Below, piece after piece: positions 27,159 to 39,239 of a stretch of DNA of 64,000 bases. The translations under genes and the position numbers were made by a program. The stretch lies in contig NC_088857.1 of the NCBI RefSeq assembly GCF_963853765.1, positions 34,348,001-34,412,000 of the forward strand, given 5' to 3'. The notes under the pieces are model-generated. The model was not told the origin of the DNA. It was given only the letters and a program-made list of their open reading frames with translations, and searched no databases. The stretch comes from Magallana gigas. Taxonomy: Eukaryota. The stretch's first letter is position 1. Every line of letters begins with the position of its first letter.

Positions 27159-27727
27159 CTAGAATGGCTGTATGCGGTGAGGGGGGAGGGAAATCAGGTG
27201 TGGGGGGCTGGGTATAGCCCGTGGGGGTTAAAGGGATCCCTTCCTTATGTTTAGTCTTATCAAACTGTAAAGACCCAGGTGGCTTGGTAGCTATGAAGGA
27301 AAAAAAAGTTTTTGTACAAATTTTAAATGACCAATTGTATTACAATATAAAAAAAATGTACAGTGTATTTCTTTACATATTTATAAGCTCTTTATGTGAA
27401 CTAAAATTTCATTGGCTGAATGTTTTAATTTTTCAAAACATTTGACATTTTAAAGATTGCAAATCAAATTTCAAGGAATGAACTTAAAAAAAAGCACTTT
27501 AATCTATTCTTGTTACATGTATAAACTGGAATACAAAAATTTACACTTTTCTTAAAACTCTGCAGTTTATGTCAATATAAACTGAACCTAGCATTCATTC
27601 TTTGATTAGATATTCCTATTAGAACTAGGTAATAATTCAATCCATTTCATTGACAATCAAAAATACACAGTACATCAAGTTGCCATATTCTGAACAAATG
27701 CAAAATACCAGCAGAGGGATTAACTAC

Positions 27728-29135
27728 CTTGTTCTTTGGTCCTTGCAGACTCACTAACCCCATTCGACAACCTCTCCAACTTTCCGTCCTTCACACTGCA
27801 CGGGGTGGGGCCTTTGAGAGTCACATACACCCCACCGCCACTGTTATCACAGACAGGTACATCACAGTTATCTCTCTTTGTAGCACTAACCATTTGTTTT
27901 AGAACAGGTTTTGGGACAAGTGGGGGTTTGGGTCTTTTTGGAAGGTCTGGAATTTTCTCACCAGAGGGAGAACTCTTTTCTGCTAGTTTTCTGATAGAGG
28001 GTTTCTTTGGAAGTTCCCCCTTTTTAGAAGGGCTTTTGGGTTCAACATTTATCACATCTTTTTCTTTTGATTCACTTGGAATGTTAGAGTTTTTATCACA
28101 GTTGGTCACACTACCTGCAAGTGAGGTTTTGGTAATTTCTATATTGGTACCTTTGTTCGGTTTAATTTCAGTCTTTGGAATGTCACCTTTTGGTTCGCAT
28201 TGAGCATGTGGAATGTTCTCAGCTTTGGAAACTGGTTTAGACTGCAGAAACAGGGTAGCATCATAAGGGTTTTCTTCCGTCTCATTGGATGCCGCATCCA
28301 TTTTGGTTGTGTCCAATTCTTTTGATTCTCTGACTGGAGAAAATCCTTTGGAATCTCTTGTTGGTATGAATCCTTCAGAACATCTGACAGAAAATTTTCC
28401 CTTAGCAACTGAGGCGTTATTTTCATAGGAAGTCTCTTCCACCTCCTTTTTTTCTTTCTCTCCTCCAAATGCAGAAACTACAGAATTATTGTTTTCATAC
28501 TCTACTGCAGCTTCCTCAGGAATAAGTTCACCATACTTGTTTTTTCCACTTTTCCCAGGAACACTAGACTCTTCCGACTGGTCTTCATCTTCATCTAGTA
28601 TCCCAGGCTGACAGGGGGTCGGTAAGCTTTCCCCCTCCCTGAATTTTGTTATTTCACCAGCCAGTTTATAAGTGTCAATCACATCCTGTCTGTCCAAGGA
28701 GTTCCATCTGTCAGTACGCGAAGAAATTTGGTAAGTGTCTGTAACATCTATTTTGTCAGAAGAATGACTTTTGCTTTGTTGCTTTGAAAAAACTTGGTCT
28801 TCTTCATCTGGGTGTTTTACTTTGGCCATTACTTCATATTCTGTTGGTTCTAAGTCTCCCTCCTCTTTTGAATGGTCTTTGGTTTTAGCACAAGGTGAGG
28901 GATCATTTGGAGCAATAGTGGCATCTTGACCTTTGGTTTTTGTGGGACAGGAAGTGACATCATTTTCTGCTGGTTTTGCACTAACGTGGTCAGTTTGACT
29001 GTTCACTGGTTGGCTGCCATCTCTAGTTTCAGTGCTTTCATTTTTTGTGTCAGTGATTTTGTTTGATAGATTACTTCGTTTTGGTACAGGGCTTAATGCT
29101 TTCTTTTTTCTTTGAGGTTTTACTGGTCTTACAGC
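27728..29135 (-). CDS. ANKS1: ANKS1 exon 11, 1408-nt low-complexity/disordered linker
   Basis: Inside the 484-aa ORF 27720-29174; acceptor cttcacag, donor gtagtt, phase 0/1. Confidence 0.9.
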
Positions 29136-29606
29136 CTGTGAAGGTAAAAGCATTGAGATTATTAATATTTGCATTCTGATTCAGTATCTAAAAACAGAAG
29201 TTTTCTGCATTCATTTATAGCAGCTAGGATCCGCACATCTTTTTTCGGGCAGGTTGTAAAAATAAACAAGATGCAGCACATTAAGATCTATAAACCCATC
29301 CACACCCATGAGACAAAATTCTGTTCTTTGTTTTAAAGTTAAGTATTATTGATCAATTCAATTTTTAAATATCATTCCATCAGTTTCGTTTTACTTTGCA
29401 ACTAAAAAAAAACCAAAAAAAACTCCAATCTTTAGAAAGATAAGTTTCGATTTGGTGGGTGATGTGAAACATAGAATTAACTTTGTACAGCCTTATATGT
29501 TTAAAAAAAACCTGAAACACTCTTTGAGTTGTGTTCCTCTTTGACTGAAATTTGAAATTGCTATGTCCATAAATAAACCTTTCATTATATACCAGTAATC
29601 TCTCAC

Positions 29607-29653
29607 CTTTGGACTTGACACAGGGGAATTTGTTGACATTTCAAAATATTTTC
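29607..29653 (-). CDS. ANKS1: ANKS1 exon 10 (GKYFEMSTNSPVSSPK)
   Basis: Acceptor ttttgtag, donor gtgaga, phase 1/0. Confidence 0.8.
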
Positions 29654-31270
29654 CTACAAAATTTAAACAATGTAAACATCATTAGAATACATTTAAAGTT
29701 ATAGGGGTGGGTATGTGTATATTCATAACATACAGTGTAATATTCTTCACATAATTATCAAAACCTAGGCATTTTGAACTTACTGTGATCAAGATATATT
29801 TATTCAAGGGTTCAAGCTTAAAATTATACATCAGAAATATGATAGGCAGAAAAAGAAAACAGAGGAGATCAAATTTGTCTGGGGATCTGCACTGATCTTA
29901 AGAATGACAATTGAATGACAATGACAAGTTCAGATCCACTGAAATCAACTTTTCCATGGAAAAATCACATTCAATTTGCATAGAAATACTCGTCAAGACC
30001 TCAAATCTCTTTGACATTTTCATGGTAATTATAACATATCAATGTTCTCAATACCAAAGTATGACTATTTTGTTTTTATTAAAATTTATGAGCAAATTCA
30101 AAATTTCATATGCAAACTTTTACTCCATGTCATATCACTAAATCATAAAGTAAGAATTATACAGGAGGTAAGTGGGCCACAACCTTAACCTGTGCAACGG
30201 TATCCGAATCTGACCCTGCACACCTTACTGGTTTTTATAATCCTTTCTGAGCAAGTCAGCATGAAATCATTTGAAGTTATAAAATAATAATTATTTTCAA
30301 TTATACTAAAATGATGCAGTTTAAAAATTCAGCTGATTGCATGATCCAAGGAAGTCAAAGAGGGTCAGTAATAAAGGTTCAAACAAAAAATTGTTCAACA
30401 GACCTTAATGTTCATTGAATATTTAATGGAAACAATGGGGAACAATGACAGATGCTTTTAGAAAATTAGAAATTAAAAGAATGAAGATTTCTCTATCATT
30501 TTGAATTTTTAACAAACTATAAAACATAATCAAATATTTTCTAATACGACTTTAATTCAGTACGAATATAAAGCTTATTCTTTTAAAAGTAATAAGTTGA
30601 CTAGAAGATGGATAAGAGGCTAATTGTCAAGAGTAGTTTATTTTTTGAAATTTGAGAGTACCGGTATTTGATAGAATTTCCAAATGAGAAGAACATTAGG
30701 AAAGGAAGGGTGAGTGAGCTCTTGGTAGGCCGGTGTAATGACTGAGAAGCCTATAGAGCTTTGTTTCCTGTATTGTAGAAGGAAATGTGTCCTCCTTCAA
30801 ACTGTGTACATAGTTAGCGTTTTGTGTTTTGTATTATATCTCTCACATATTTATTGATTGAGATTATTAAAAAAAGATATCAATAACTTCATTTTATTTT
30901 AAGTTTTAGAAAGAGTTCGAATGCTGAGTGATGCTAAAATTATTGATATAATCAATTTTCATTCAATTTCTAAATTGATATATTAATTATAATGAATGCT
31001 TAGTGATTTTCATTCATTCTTTAAATAACCATGGGGTGTTAATCAAGCTTAAAAGCATTATCAGCATAGGTAAAAGCGAGAATACAGAATTAACTACAGG
31101 TAGGACATATACATGTACATGGATAAACTAAGACTATAGGCAGTCTCACTCAGATGCATCTTGCTCTCAAAAGAAACTTTAAAATTAGAAACTGTGAAAT
31201 GTGAATGGAAATATAAACATTTTGATATATATCTTAGCAAATATAAAGATACTTTGGCATCTGAGTATAC

Positions 31271-31542
31271 CCTGCTGCTGTCTTCCAGTCTCACAGGGAG
31301 AGGGGGGCGTGTCCTCCAGACTCAAGTTCTGGGTGCTGGCGGCCCCCCTCCACATCTTCGGGGGCAGCTGCATGGGTGGGTCATACAGGGATTCAGTCTG
31401 TCGACTGTTACCGTTCCGGCGGGTCGGCATGGGTCTGGAGACCGGTGTGTTGGTGGGTGCCTGATGATGGAAGGGGGGCTGGAATGGTTGGATGTTCTGG
31501 AATGCCATCGAGTCTCTCTCCTGCTTGACCTCTTGGATGGTC
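31271..31542 (-). CDS. ANKS1: ANKS1 exon 9, Pro/Gln-rich linker
   Basis: RTIQEVKQERDS...GRQQQ; phase 2/1. Confidence 0.85.
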
Positions 31543-32344
31543 CTGTTACAGATAGATGATAAAATCATAGCATTTGACAGCACAGTAACATTACATGGTT
31601 GAACAACATTGTTTCATTCAATACCTCAATGTATTTTATTCTGTAATTTGCTTATCCAATAAATCTCTTGGATTAAAATAAGATACATAAAACTGTACAC
31701 AATCTTTGAGTTTTGAGGTGGTGTTTTATCAAGGGGGAGGGGGGGTTGGAGTTTGGGTGGGAGGGTTCTCTTCAAACTACATCCTCAAATCAAATGTAAT
31801 TTTCATCAATTTCTACCAGTTCTTTTCCTTCCCATCACTCCACACTCCATAGTTATAATACGCAGTACTGGTAAGTTTATGTAAGTAGGATCATGATTAT
31901 TTCCAGGGAGGATTACTTCATTACACAATGCAAACATGACTATGTTATAATGTGAATGACAACCAGCAACAACACATTGGAAATCATATTAATTAAAATG
32001 GTTCATTCTCATGGGTGTGTCTTTGTAAGAGTGTAATATTGGAAGTTAGTTCCAATATTTTTGCAAAATATGAATTATCCCAGGCTCTCGTGAGCAGCAT
32101 CTCCACTCATATTTTTTCTGTTGTTTATAAAGTATCATAGTGACTGCCTTTCTTTTTAATCATAGAATATCAGAGTCAAGATATTCAATAACTCCAAAGT
32201 GTCCTGGTAAACAAATATGTGATTGTGTATCATATGATATCATGATATCATGTACTGTTCCAAAGTGTCCAGCTCATGAATTAGTAATGGTACATGTATC
32301 TCCTATGATGTCATGTACTGTTCAGTTAAATGAACTAGTGCTAC

Positions 32345-32440
32345 CTGTGGACAGGTGAGATATCCCCGTCATCGAAGGTGGACTGTCGCGGGGGGACAGG
32401 GGGTGGGGTGCTTTCAAATACAGCATCGTCATCTGATCCA
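32345..32440 (-). CDS. ANKS1: ANKS1 exon 8 (SGSDDDAVFESTPPPVPPRQSTFDDGDISPVH)
   Basis: Acceptor ttttttcag, donor gtagca, phase 2/2; PPVPPR SH3-type motif. Confidence 0.85.
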
Positions 32441-32942
32441 CTGAAAAAAGACACCCAGGCATTTTTGTTAAAAAATCTCTAGTACCGGTAATTAAAATTG
32501 CTGTACATGTACCAGTATTTCCCTCAATTTATTGCCTCTGCCCTTGACGTTTCCACTTGGCATTAATGATTCAATCTGGAGAGCGTGTACTGAATGCATT
32601 GATTCAGAAATCAGGAAACATCAGTCAGGACACTGCACAATTTGTTTCATATTCCTGATAATTTTAGCATGATAAATATTGTTTAAAAACCAAACTTACT
32701 ACATTATTTAGCATCACTGTAAGGATTTCAGGATGAATACAATACATTTTTTCATTTCCTGAAAATCTTTAACAGTGCAATACCTTCATGTTTAAAATAT
32801 ATACAACACAATGTATACATTGTAGCAAATTATTTTTTCAAATGCTGTTCAGTTTTAAATAATGCATGTTACAGGTTTTTATTTCACTGCTACATATATC
32901 TAACAAACAAATAAACTTGAGAGAGCTTTTACTGTCAACTAC

Positions 32943-33150
32943 CTTGCTGGAATGCTATCGGTGTTGGATTTATCAATCTTTGCGTAATGAACGGACACAG
33001 TTTCCCCGACACTGGTGTCAGAACCCCTAGCCTCGGGCTCAGGGGAGAGCGACAGTCGGGGGGTGGGGACTGGACGAGTGGGTTGTTCCACCAGCGTGTC
33101 ATAAACGCTGGGCTCCTGGTTCTCCTGCTGTGAAACCCTGTTTAAATGCT
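32943..33150 (-). CDS. ANKS1: ANKS1 exon 7 (EHLNRVSQQ...DSIPA)
   Basis: Acceptor ctctttacag, donor gtagtt, phase 1/2. Confidence 0.85.
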
Positions 33151-33315
33151 CTGTAAAGAGAGTTTGCAAATTAAATATTTAAGTCCTACCATATAAACCA
33201 AAGATGAAGTTCACCCATACTGGCTACATATTTTAACGACCTAGTATGCATAACATCCCTTTCCCAACTTCTGGTCTAATTTTGGATAGAAAAAGTGAGG
33301 TAATATACACAAGAC

Positions 33316-34119
33316 CAGGCTTGGGGTAATGCTAAATGTAATGGTAATGCATTGCAATGCATTACATGTTTTCAAAGTAATGCTAGTAATGTGTAATGCC
33401 ACAAAATTAGCATTACAAGTAATGGTAATGTAATTCATTACTTTTCAAAATCTAGTGTAATGCTGGCATTACATGGCATTACTTTGCATTACATTGCTTA
33501 TTTATGCATGTTCACTTTAAAAAATGTGATGAATACATGAATAGTTGAAATTGAATTTGACTAAATTTATTTTATAAGAAGAAAGAAATAATTCTTGAGA
33601 TAAAAATGTTTTATTTGTATTATTAAAAAAGATTTTTAAAAAAGGGCTCGGACATGATTTTCAAGCACATGTGTAACTTTGATGTAAACATGTGTTTTTT
33701 GCTACTAAATTGGTTAGGAACAATTGTTTTAAAAGTTGTAAAGAGGAATTTTCCCACAAGTTTGTTTTAAACTTGCTACCCGTATCTAAAGTTGCGTAAT
33801 TTTGGTAAGAATATATAGTAAAAATTAATAGTGTTGTGCAACCTGAATATAGTCATTGAATTTGAACCTGATACTGAGCATGAACCTGTAGATATGTTAA
33901 AGAGTGTTTTATATTGAAACATTTGCAAAAACTCTTTATGAGCTTTACTTTTTTAAAACAAAGTAATGGTAATGGTAATGCATTACTTTACTCATGTAAT
34001 GGTAATGTAATGCATTACTTCAAGAAAATCAAGTAATGGTAATGGTAATTTAATGCCAAAATTCATGAAGTAATGGTAATGTAATGCATTACTTTACAAT
34101 GTAATTTGCCCCAAGCCTG
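33316..34119. mobile_element. Non-autonomous hAT-type DNA transposon, 804 bp
   Basis: TIR caggcttgggg / ccccaagcctg; perfect 8-bp TSD cacaagac (33308-33315 and 34120-34127); subterminal GTAATG/CATTAC arrays at both ends. Confidence 0.9.
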
Positions 34120-34568
34120 CACAAGACTTACGGTAAACGGTGTTTTTGTTTTTAATACCTATAGAGTCTGAGACGTCTACACTAAGGAATGTTTATGTTA
34201 GACACTGTCTACCAGTACATATATTCTGTGCATTTCGCATGTTCTCCTGTTACATCTTAAAATGATAGCAAAACAAATCAAAAGAGAAAGCATTCATCAT
34301 GGAAATTTGATTCCATCCAGAGAAAGTCAAAACCTGTCAGACACTGATGATAAGCAGTACATGTACTGTATATGTCTGAGGTAAATAATCTAGTCAGGTG
34401 ATAAGAATGATAGGCATTAGGCCTGGTGGTCTTAATCAGTATATCTGTTCATTGTATATCTTATGTCATATATCTTGAATGAAATACTTGTTGGAGCAGT
34501 ATAAGAATGTAACAATTAACCATGTGTCTGTCAGTCCTGATTTCCCCTTCTAACACTTTGTTCCTATA

Positions 34569-34785
34569 CTGTAAATTCCTTATATTACGCGAGTACTTAA
34601 TTCCGCGATCCTGTTGTTTTGTATCAAATCGTGAGAATATAAAATCGTGAGCGCAGAACTTTTATCCTTATTTCTCATAGTTCTCAACTCTCACAAAATA
34701 ATGGCGAGATTTTAAAATTCGCCAAGGGTGCTCCTCGCGATTTTACGTAGATAATAATTCCTTGCGTTTAATTAGGAATCTACAG
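34569..34785. mobile_element. MITE family A copy 2
   Basis: TIR ctgtaaattcctta / taggaatctacag, TA flanks, collinear with 791-1008. Confidence 0.85.
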
Positions 34786-34941
34786 TATATTCAGCATTTT
34801 CAATTCCTTTGTGAACTTACATGTAAGAAAAATCAAATTTCCTGAACTTGATTTCTCATATGTGCCACATGGTTTTTTTCTCAGAATTGGATAATTTTCA
34901 CAAAGTTTTATTATCAATATCCTTGTCCAAGTTACTTTTAC

Positions 34942-35046
34942 CTGTAATCAATGAAATAACTTCACTATAGGACGACTGGTTCTTTTGTTCTGTCAGAATC
35001 TCCATTACTGTTTTCCCATCTCGGTTTTTGAGAGAACAGTCAATGC
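34942..35046 (-). CDS. ANKS1: ANKS1 exon 6, last ankyrin repeat/cap
   Basis: GIDCSLKNRDGKTVMEIL...; phase 1/1. Confidence 0.92.
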
Positions 35047-35590
35047 CTATTTAGCAACAAAAGAAATTTTATAATCTTCTGAATCTGCTGAATGCAACTA
35101 AATACTAGTCATATTTGTATAATACTTTAAACAAACTTTTAATTATACAATAGTACACCAAAACTATGACATAGCACAACACTGATATAGTGAAATTCAA
35201 GCTGTCAAACTTTTTACAATAGTATAAAGCATTGATATGGTGAATTTCATGCGGTCAGAAGTTTGTACTCTGTTGTGATTTATCTTATATGTATTGATTT
35301 TCAATACAATGAATTTACTGTATTTACTTTTTTATATACACCTGCTGGTAATTAACATCAAATAATTATTTTTTGTCCATTCACATGATTTTTTTAACAG
35401 TTAAAAAATTTCATTAGAAATAGAATGCTAATTTAAGTTTTATTAACCTAGAAAGTAAACATTCAAATATTTTACACAACATCTTTGAAACACAGCGAGT
35501 TTTATATTGTTATGAGAATTTATAGCAATATGATTAATTTTTTTCAAATTCAGTATCATTCTTTAGTTTTGATGTAAAATTAATACCAAC

Positions 35591-35666
35591 CTCTGTCTAA
35601 AAGAATTTTAACAAGTTCTGTTTTACAGTACAAGGCTGCTAGGTGAAGTGCAGTACCCTCGTCCGT
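35591..35666 (-). CDS. ANKS1: ANKS1 exon 5, ankyrin repeat
   Basis: TDEGTALHLAALYCKTELVKILLDR; phase 0/1. Confidence 0.95.
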
Positions 35667-36072
35667 CTACAATCACAAAGAACGCATGCTTTATTTTATT
35701 CCTGACATCACGTTGGGTTTTACATGCCTGAGATTTGATACTGCATGGGCAGGTGTTGCAATGGACAATTTTTTTAATTAATAAATTTTCTTTTCATATT
35801 ATTCAAACATTATCCACAATAAAAATAAAGCCATTGTTTCTTTTAAACAAAATGAAATGAGTAACATTTCAACATAAAACATTCAGGTATCATTTATTCA
35901 ACAGTCTTTTTTTTTAACTTGCAAATGCATAAATAACTTTATCTATATTTCAAATCATCAACTCTATAAAATTTCAACATCATATTTTTGATTTAGGCTC
36001 CTAATTCCCTACCAAAAATTTTCAAGATTTTAAATGCATGCATTTCATAAGCCTCGTGATGTATATCTATAC

Positions 36073-36369
36073 CGTAGTGTTAACATCAAATCCCTTGTCC
36101 AAAAGGATCTCCACAATCTGTCTGTGTCCGCACGCTGCGGCCAGATGGAGTGGAGAGTGGATCAGAATTGGAATCTGCACCAGGTCCGGACATCTGTCCA
36201 TCAGACACTGCACCACATCCACTCGACCGTAGCGGGCGGCCAGGTCAAGCGGCGACTCATCCTTCAGGTTCCGGATAGTGGGATCTGCGTTGAAATCCAG
36301 GAGAATTTTCACGGTGGGAGTAGATCCGTACTGGGCGGCGCTGTGAAGAGGGGTCTCTCCATCACAGTT
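36073..36369 (-). CDS. ANKS1: ANKS1 exon 4, three ankyrin repeats
   Basis: NCDGETPLHSAAQYG...SPLDLAARYG...SPLHLAAACG; 99 codons. Confidence 0.97.
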
Positions 36370-37393
36370 CTACAGTCAGAAAGACATGGAGTATTATACT
36401 TTATGATTAAGTAAAATATTTTACACATGCTATGATTATTTTGCTCGATTTAAAAAAAGAAAGTGTATTTTGAATTATAAACGGCTTTCTTCGATCAACG
36501 TTCTGATTTTGTGCAATAATTATATTAAATCCACAAAAATTGGTTCTCAAAGATTCACGATAAAATCACAGTATGCTGCGTCATGCAAAAATTTAATTAT
36601 GTAAGCTTGCTGGCAAGAAACAATTGCTGTTAAATATGCATATACAAGATGTCTGTCGCCATTTCAACAGATAATCATCTTCATTTGATAATCATAAATT
36701 CAAATATCACACAAAAAATATAACTATAGGTTCTGAGGGCATATCGTAAGAGGAGCCATAATAACATCAAAAATACAGATGCATTGAATGTGTTTGTACA
36801 TTTAGACAGACTAACCACTGTAAGGGGAAGTTTATTTTCATCACAAGGATATCATTACAGCTGGGCAATTTAGATTTAAACAATAGGCAGCTTCAGACCT
36901 ATATATGTATACAAGTATGATTAGACCTTCATAACAATGCATCCGAGGTCAAAATGTTATGGTGTGTTATTTGTTTCCAATAATTATAACACCTGCACAC
37001 AATGTGGTCTTCGGGAAACTTGCTACATATCACAAGAACATGTGGTGGACGGATTAAAATAACTTTGGACTGATCAAGAATAGAAATGAAAAAGCTTTAA
37101 ATCATACTAAAATAAAAATCAAATATAATAATGTTCTTCAATGTTCAAAAACACCACTTTGTCCCATTTTCTATATTACATATTTTGATGATCATAAATC
37201 TCTATATAAATGTTTCACTCAAATTTCTCTTGAAAATTTCAACATAAATTGTTTCAAAACATTTTCAATTTAGTTACATGTACATAAATCTATCAATTTT
37301 GTTGATTGCTGAAAATTGTTTAATTGTAAGAAAGACCTAAAATAAAGCTACATTTCTCAGGTAGATTAATTAATACCCCGGTACATGTATTTT

Positions 37394-37641
37394 ACCTGTA
37401 TGTTGACTTCGATTTGAGAGTGAGGACTTGTGAGGAAAAATAACCTGTATGTTGACCTGGATTTGAGAGTGAGGACTTGTGAGGAGAAATTACCTGTATG
37501 TTGACCTGGAATTGAGAGTGAGGACTTGTGAGGAGAAATTACCTGTATGTTTTTGACCTGGATTTGAGAGTGAGGACTTGTGAGGAGAAATTACCTGTAT
37601 GTTGACCTGGATTTGAGAGTGAGGACTTGTGAGGAGAATCC
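37394..37641. repeat. Minisatellite, 5 copies of a 49-bp unit (one 52 bp), overlapping the 3' end and donor of ANKS1 exon 3
   Basis: Unit acctgtatgttgacctggatttgagagtgaggacttgtgaggagaaatt starts at 37394, 37443, 37492, 37541 and 37593. Confidence 0.95.
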
Positions 37642-37751
37642 TGCAGATCTCCACATTACCCTTCCAGGCCGCTAGATGGAGTGGATTACATCCCCTGCTG
37701 TCCACTACATTAACATTGGCATTCTCTCTCAGTAAAATCTCAACAGCACCT
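37595..37751 (-). CDS. ANKS1: ANKS1 exon 3, ankyrin repeat
   Basis: GAVEILLRENANVNVVDSRGCNPLHLAAWKGNVEICRILL...VNIQ; phase 2/0. Confidence 0.95.
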
Positions 37752-37949
37752 CTAAAACAAAAGCAAAACAGATATAAATAACTACAACAGTCAGTGGATA
37801 TAAAACAAACACCAACAAATCTTTACATGTACCGGTATCTTTTTTTTATCAATACAATGGCCCATATATTATTAACAAATATTTTACCCATTCCTACTTA
37901 TAAGGATGATTTTTCAAAACCGTCATCTAGTAAAGGATATAAAATAGGG

Positions 37950-37970
37950 TCTCTCTCTCTCTCTCTCTCT
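37950..37970. repeat. (TC)n microsatellite
   Basis: Direct reading. Confidence 0.9.
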
Positions 37971-38599
37971 AAAATGTAACCTTTTTTCCCCCAAAAAAAT
38001 ATCCATATCTATAGCACTGCTTTATTTCCTAATTGATTTCCAGCCTATTTTCTTAGTGTCTCAGTTAAGTTTACCCTGCATGGACCTAGATGGAATCACT
38101 AGATGGAACTGAGAATGCAATTCTCTCCTCCACAATTGATTTTTCTTTACATACACCATTCCTAATTGGTTCAGGAGAAAAATATCAATAAGAAGAAAAT
38201 GAAGAGTCCTTGAAGCTCATGGTCAGTTTTAATCAGTACCACCATGGTTCTTTGAGATGTCCAGTATTTTTTATGAATCGCTAAAAGCAAAACCTCAGGT
38301 TAAATTTTGCATTTCGGATAAATGAATTACTGTATTTAATTGGGTTTTTTTTTCATTTTAATGGGGTTAGGACTCTTTTTTGCGTGTTTGTATTAAAATT
38401 CAGAATCAATCATACTGTATGGTTCTATCCCAAACCATATGATTCTGGAATGTAGGCAGCAGCCAGGGTCACAATTCAAGGACACCTAGTATAGATGTAA
38501 TATGTTTACAACATCTGAAACAATATGATGCTTATCTGAAATAATGTGCATAGAGAAAATGGCAAATTTAAGATTTGGTAAATTCTGATGTTTCAAAAT

Positions 38600-38714
38600 T
38601 ATCAATCTTCAATTAAACGCAACTTTGTCTGAGCGAATTGAAGACAGGGCGAAATAGTTTGCAAGTGAAGAAGGGTGAAAATAACACGGGGCGAAAATAA
38701 CTCTGTATACTGTA
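38600..38714. mobile_element. Right-end fragment of the MITE family seen at 56480-56687
   Basis: Shared tttgcaagtgaagaa..gaaaataa..ctgtatac. Confidence 0.6.
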
Positions 38715-39171
38715 TCATGTTTATTGTAGACATTTACCTATGGTAAATGTAGTAATACGGAAAGGACTCTAAATACATTATTTGTGATAAGTATACACAT
38801 TTATGGACTTTTCAAGAAAGCACTCTTCTCAACATTTTTTTTAAAATACAATTCTCGGATGATAATTAGTTTTTTATGACACAAGTGAGATGAAAATTGT
38901 TTATCCTCCTTTAAATCAATTGCACACAGTGTAACTATCTACAGTTTCCATCTGTACTTTTTCAGTGTTCAATAAAACAAACATCATTACAAAATACAAA
39001 TATAAGACGATACATTTTAAAACTATGAATATTGAGTAATTACATGTAAATCAATAAACTTATCTGAGACACTGCACTACTTCAGTTGCCTTTAAATAAT
39101 GATATTGTTGTACCTTTAACATGTTTACAGATTTTGAAATACATTGTGATTACAACAGTATTTTGTATTTT

Positions 39172-39235
<64 letters not shown>
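39172..39235. repeat. (TC)n microsatellite, interrupted
   Basis: Direct reading. Confidence 0.95.

Positions 39236-39239
<4 letters not shown>

Noticed and set aside
27736-28468. 155-aa plus-strand and 109-aa alternative-frame ORFs
   Set aside because: Antisense or off-frame shadows of ANKS1 exon 11.
31161-31559. 132-aa Gly-rich plus-strand ORF
   Set aside because: Antisense to Pro-rich exon 9.
36034-36414. 126-aa plus-strand ORF
   Set aside because: Antisense to GC-rich ankyrin exon 4, with no independent motif.
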